DNA of 52,175 nt from Spirogloea muscicola (lineage: Eukaryota): assembly GCA_009602725.1 (NCBI GenBank), contig WELB01000008.1, positions 1,316,522-1,368,696 on the forward strand. Reading direction: 5' to 3'. Below the pieces are notes generated by a model. That model was not told the DNA's origin and did no database searches. It was given only the letters and a program-made list of their open reading frames with translations. Each line of letters opens with the position of its first letter. The first letter of the stretch is position 1. Shown in pieces: positions 46,694 to 52,175 of this stretch. A program made the translations under genes and the position numbers.

Positions 46694-47374
46694 TTTCTCC
46701 CTTCTTTCTTTACACCGCCGAGCCATTGCAGCAGCCTCTGACTCGCGCAACGAAATTGCTCTTCCTCCCTTGCCAACTCGAGGCCTCCATCACTCCGCTA
46801 GAAAAGCCATGAAAACCCTCTGCATGCACCTGGCTGACTTTTACAGCCGCTCTTTCAATATCAGCAGCCACATTTTCTTATCCTCAATACCCGCTTTTCT
46901 TCTTCAGCCTCCTGAGTGCATTCACAAGCTGTAGCGAGGCATCTGAGCATTGGGCACTAGCGCTTTGTGGTACGCATGCAGGCGGGCTCATGGAGGCTCA
47001 TGTGGCCTCAGCTGGGCGTGGCCCTGCACTCAGCCGGCACTGACTGGCAGCCATGTCCTGTATGGCAGCAGCTTCTGTCCCCGAATGTGAGGTCCGCTAT
47101 TACCAGCTGCTAATTTGTTGATATTTCCTCAATTAACTGGAGGCATCCGCTTGAATGCTTCCAAAAGAATGGGTGGCTAAATAGGGTGCTCAGGAAGTCA
47201 ATGGGACATCTAATGTAGGTTTCTAAGCACGCCTCAGAATATCAAAGTTGCAATGGGGCGGCATGTACTTGAGGTGCTGATTTCTTCAATCGCCTGTCTA
47301 AGGCCTTGCTTATGAACCCAATGAGCGCCGCCATAAGCAGTGAGGCTTGAATTGCCATGGAGGCATGGTGGCGG

Positions 47375-48845
47375 TCAGCGATAGTATGCCATGTGACGGC
47401 TGGTGGATGCCCAAGGGTTGCTGAACTTAGCCACAACTGCTGGCTTGCTGACGGCAGCAGCCTTCAGGGCGTCCTCGTCCCGCTGCTCCCGCTCCGCTCG
47501 CAGCCACGCCTCGATAGCAGTGTAAAGCACTCGCACTTCCGATCCTGGTCTAGCAAGCTCGGGGAAGTCTGCCAGCGGCGCCACCTTGCGCAGGCGGCCA
47601 CCCTGGAGGTGCGCGACGTGTGTGGCCCACTCCTCCAGCCCGTCAAAGATGTGCGTGGCGTACACAACCACCGCCCCCCGCTGTGCAGTGGTTGGCAGAG
47701 CTGTCAATGACATTAGAGTCACAGACACACAGTTTGTGACCAAGCTTGGTAGCTCCAGTGGCAACAAAAGCAGCTGCGCCAGGGGCGGTGATCACCTCAT
47801 TGCACTCCTGGACAAGGAAACCCAGAAGGTCCATGCGCGCGACGACGTCGAGGTCCACAGTAATCTCGTCCAGCAGTAACACCTGCCCAACCCCCCTCAG
47901 GGATCGGCGCAGCCCAAGGTGCTCAAGCTGCCGCCCGCTGCCGCCGCACCGGGGACCTCAGCGCCGAGGGGGCAGCTTCCGACCATGCCAGACGGTTGCC
48001 GTCTTCGACGTCCTGGAGCTTGCTGGCACACGGACCTTAAAGGGGGCGAGGAGACCCATGCAGAGCTGGACGCGGCGACGCTGGCCATCCGAGGTCCGGT
48101 GCATGCGCCACTCAAGGTCAATGCCCAGTAGCTCCACCAGGCGCTCGCGCCGCGCCGGGTCCGCGCCGACTGTCGCAGCCCGGCATCGCTCAGAAAGAGG
48201 GAAACAGAGGGTGGGGAGGGAGGGAGGGACGGCGGCAGCTGGCTGAGTGTCAGCAATGCAGGCATGCATGTCGCACCCACATCAACAGAATTACTGGCAG
48301 CTCGGGCTTTGCTATCACCGACGCCGAAGATCATGTGCTCCGCGGAGAAGTCGCCCTGCAGCGGCACCTCCCCCTGCAGCGAGCGCTCGCGGCGGCAAGC
48401 GCAGCGCTGTTGAGGCTTGATGGGGCTGGCAGCAACGACCGCACCGTATCTGGACTGCCAGCGGCAGCTGAGAGGGCCCGCGAGCTCGCGGGAAGCGGCG
48501 ATCGCTGACCGCTCCGCCGAGGGAGCGGGTCCAGGAGCCGCCGAGGTAGGTGAGGCTGCCGTCGGCGGCGAGGGAGGTGTCGTGGAAGGCGGGGCGGCCG
48601 AGGATGCGCACGGCGCTGCCATGGCCGCCGCCGCCGCCCTGCGGCAGGTGCTTGCCCGCCAGGAGGCGCAGCAGCGTGCTCTTGCCCGCGCCGTTGGCGC
48701 CCACCAGCAGGCACCGCGCGCCCGCAGGCAGCGCCAGCGACAGGCCGGCCAGCGCCGGCCCCTGCTGCCCCGGGTGCGCGAACGTCAGCGCTCGCACGTC
48801 CACCACCGCCGCCGCCGCGGCCTCATCGGCGGCGGCGTCGGCCAT
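47375..48845 (-). CDS. ABCI19-like: soluble ABC-ATPase, ABCI19/ABCI21-like (CAF16-related)
   Basis: Exons 48845-48510, 48374-48319, 48169-48036, 47882-47796, 47680-47375. Walker A GANGAGKS, signature SDGQRRRVQ, Walker [21 protein letters not shown], and the C-terminal SRHMAYYR typical of the ABCI19/21 subgroup. Confidence 0.95.
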
Positions 48846-49684
48846 TGCGCGCGCAGCTGGTCAAGGGGAGAGAAGGCGCGAGCGGTGTGCATGCCATATG
48901 AAGACTAATGCGAGCCAATACATCGTTCAGGAAAGGCAAAGGAAAAGCAGCTTTGATTATTAGCGTGACGTTAGTATCCACGGGGGGTGAGAGAATGCGC
49001 GCATTCCGCATGGAATTGAGAAACGGTGGCGTATTCAAGCCACTTTGGGGGGGACTCGAGGCCCTGCATGCGGGCGCCGTGGCAGTGGGCCGAGGAGAGT
49101 CGGCCACGACGGCGCAGTCGCCAGTGGAACGGACGGTGCGGCGCAGCTCCTCCTTGACGTCAAACGCCGCAGTCCGGTCGCGGTCGTGGCCCCTCGCCTG
49201 GCCGCGCGCGGCCGGACCTTCGGCACATGCAGATCACGCAGCAGNCCGTCGTCGCCGTCGGCGGCGGCGGCGTCGGCCATGGGGCGCGCAGCTGGTCGGG
49301 GAGGGAGAGAAGACGCTAGCGGTGTGCATGGGATTGGAAGGCCCAATGCAAGCCAATTGATTGTTCAGGCAGGGAAAAGGAAACAAAACTTTGATTATTA
49401 GTGTGACGTAAGTATCCACGGGAGGTGAGAGAATGCGTGCTTTCCGCGCGAAATGGTAAAATGGTGGCCAAATTCAAGCCACTTTGGGGGGGGACGGGAG
49501 GCCCTGCAGGCCGGGCGCCGTGGCAGTGGGCCGAGGACAGCCGGCCACGACGGCGCAGGCGCCACTGGAAACGGACGGTGTGGCGCAGCTCCCTGTTGAC
49601 GTCAAACGCCGACGGTCCGGTCGCGCTGGCCCCTCGCCTGGCCGTGCGCGGCCGGCCCTTCGGCACATGCAGAACACGCAGGAG
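48826..49684. repeat. diverged ~430-bp direct duplication of the ABCI start codon plus upstream region, joined at a single N (49245)
   Basis: Copy A ~48826-49244 and copy B ~49258-49684 both carry the minus-strand ATG GCC GAC GCC GCC GCC (48845 and 49280) and colinear upstream sequence with many substitutions. Confidence 0.9.
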
Positions 49685-50636
49685 AGCAGCGCGCGGTGCG
49701 CATCGACTGAAAAGAAGAAGTGGCACACCAAATGGGGGCAAGGGCAGTGATAAGCCAGCCCAAAAAGAATTGACAAGGGTTCGGAGGGGCCGACAAACAA
49801 AAGGAGGCCAGACCGACGAGCCAGTACACTAAGAGGACAGAAGCATGTACGTTGAGGGACTAGGGTCACAGAACGAAGAAAGGAATAAAAAGGAATCATA
49901 GTAACCACAACTGAGCATGCACATATTTGACAGACTGGTCTGGGGCGCCTGAGCACCATCACGCAAGCCAGCAGCCTGGCTTAGTTCACACCCAGCACGT
50001 GGAGTATGACTAGAGCCTGTGAAGACTGCAAAGTTAGACAAAGTCGCATTCTGTAAAGGCCAGTCAATGCTTCAGACGCAGGAGTACCCAGAGCGCGGGC
50101 AGCGCACTTGCTGACTACTTACAACACACCCAACCAAGACGGGTGGCAACTGAAGTTTGAAATTCAGTCCATTTATCATGGCAGCTCGTGGCAGTCCGTT
50201 TATCGCGGCTAGTGAAGCGCATCAGATGGCGAGAATATTGGCCTCTCCCTCTTCCCCCCCCCCCACCCCCCCCCCCCCCCCCCTCCTTTTCCAGAGCTCG
50301 GACATGAAGGGTTGCATGAAATTCAGGAGTTGATATTAGCAGTTCCTGATGATTTCGAGCGGCTGTGGAAACCCAGCTGAGTGCATGCGGAGCATCATAA
50401 GAGTGCATCTAGACTAGGCTGAGCAGGGAGGGTGCAAAACACCATATCAATACTACGAGTTGAAACAGTGCAGGTACATGTCAATGTTGACATGCAATGC
50501 ATGTCAAGAAGCAAGTGCAAGCTCAACTAAGCTTGCAAGGCCACCTTTACCTGTCCGATATGGATTTGACAATGACAATCTACTTGATTTGTCAACCACT
50601 TGGATAAATTTATCATGCTGCCAGTAGCAGGCATGC

Positions 50637-51999
50637 CTACTCGGAGCGCTCAGCATAGCGCTCCACCCGCTTGTCGTTCAGATTGATGCCCACCATGGCC
50701 TCGCCAATGCCGCTGCTCACCTCCGCGAGCAACGCCGCATCTACAGCCAAAAGGCAGTATGGTGAGAGCATATCGACTGGAACTGACGACTATCATCAGA
50801 GGTTCTTGCGCTTCTTGGCAAGCAGAAAAGGCAGGTACATGCAAGGTCACAATGAGAGCCAAGAGGAAGCAAAGAGGTCTGAAACACCAACCATCAAAGT
50901 GAGTTACTGCCTGCACAATTGCACGGCCGCGCTTGACCGGGTCTCCACTCTTAAAGATGCCCTGTCAATGCCAGTTCCAAGAATTCGTCAATCCTAGAAT
51001 ACGGCAACAAGAACTCTCACGATTTGCTGGCGGCTCGCATATGTAATGAGGTCAATGAGATCGTATGGAAGGAAGATGCAAACAAGTACAATAAATAAGT
51101 GGTTATCTAACCAGCGCATTTGCAGCACTGGCATAGCACTATAGTAGTAAAGAAGAAGGTGATAGAAGCTCACTGAGCCAACAAAAACTCCGTCACAACC
51201 GAGCTGCATCATCAGTGCAGCATCCGCAGGAGTAGCCACTGTACACAGGGACAAGAGCACCATGTGGGTCAACGATAGGCTTATGACATTTGACAGAGCA
51301 ACACTTCCATCGGTTGCTATAAGCTGGCAAATTTCAGCACTGCTTCCGGAAGCACAACAACCAACAAAAAACTTCTAAACAATCAGGGCATGCGGCAGTC
51401 AGGAGCTGCAGAGCTGAGTGCTCCTGCTTCATACCTCCACCAGCAGCAAAGTTGACCACTGGGAGTCTGCCCAGCGTCTTGCACAGCTTCACCAAGTCGT
51501 ACGGAGCACGGTGCTGCCAACAATGCAATATATGCATTGTCTAGGTGAGCAGGGACTTATATCATATATGGAAGCTGGGACTCATTCAGAGGAGAGGATG
51601 TTAGGCATACTAAGTCACAAAAGACAAACAATTTCTACTGTACTTGATGACACCGTTTGCTCAGGGATGTCTACTCACATCCTTTGCAAGGGTGTACAGC
51701 TCATCGTCATCCATTGACTGGATGCGACGGATCTCGCCGAGGACAGAGCGAACATGACGTACAGCCTCGATCACGTTGCCCGTGCCAGCTTCACCCTTGG
51801 TGCGAATCATAGCCGCCCCCTCAGCAATGCGTCGAAGAGCCTCCCCAAGGTTACGGCAACCACAGACGAATGGCACCCTGAAATTGTGCTTGTTGATGTG
51901 GTTGGCATCATCTGCGGGCGTCAAGACCTCGCTCTCGTCAATGTAGTCAATGCCAATCGCTTCCAGAATTTGCGCCTCCACAAAGTGCCCAATGCGTGC
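50637..51999 (-). CDS. PDX1: pyridoxal 5'-phosphate synthase subunit PDX1 (3' part; 5' exons lie beyond the window)
   Basis: [116 protein letters not shown]; five exons visible. Confidence 0.98.
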
Positions 52000-52175
52000 C
52001 TGCATTGCAATCCACATTCGTAGATTACTTGTCAGAACCTGACTGCCTTTGAGTTGGAATGCTGTCACCTTGGTGAAGCTACTGCTCCTCTGCAAGTCCT
52101 TTGCTTGAGAGGAGGGTATCTTTTCATGGAATAGGAAAAGGGTGTTGGCTTGAGCGCCAAGGCGGAGGGGGGGGG

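Overview
Gene-dense, GC-rich eukaryotic draft sequence with short GT-AG introns, two N-gaps (2843-3541, 18089-18586) and several single-N joins. The gene families (TBL, GT106/OFUT, TNO1-like, GH17+X8, ABCI19-like) indicate a streptophyte plant; the compact GC-rich style suggests a streptophyte alga such as a zygnematophyte (inference, not verified). I assembled 13 spliced protein genes by hand: TPR protein (+), GPI-type beta-1,3-glucanase (+), TBL O-acetyltransferase (-), rhodanese-DSP-FHA phosphatase (+, frameshifted at the active-site loop), SigF-like NTF2-fold protein (-), DnaJ-type zinc-finger protein (-), ~2800-aa TNO1-like coiled-coil tether (+), GT106 O-fucosyltransferase-family protein (-), UVR+YccV ClpF-like protein (-), proteasome beta3 (+), GT47 exostosin-like protein (-), ABCI19/21-like ATPase (-) and a partial PDX1 (-). 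I found no rRNA, tRNA, CRISPR array or autonomous transposon. The main observations are: the unusual phosphatase architecture and its lesion; a dispersed non-coding element that lies upstream of genes in a constant relative orientation; an NTF2-fold gene resembling a mainly fungal family; whole-exon tandem repeats in the tether; a 28-bp perfect palindrome centred in a divergent promoter; a GT47 with a substituted donor-binding motif; and a diverged ~430-bp duplication joined at a single N. Family assignments come from recalled motifs, not database searches.
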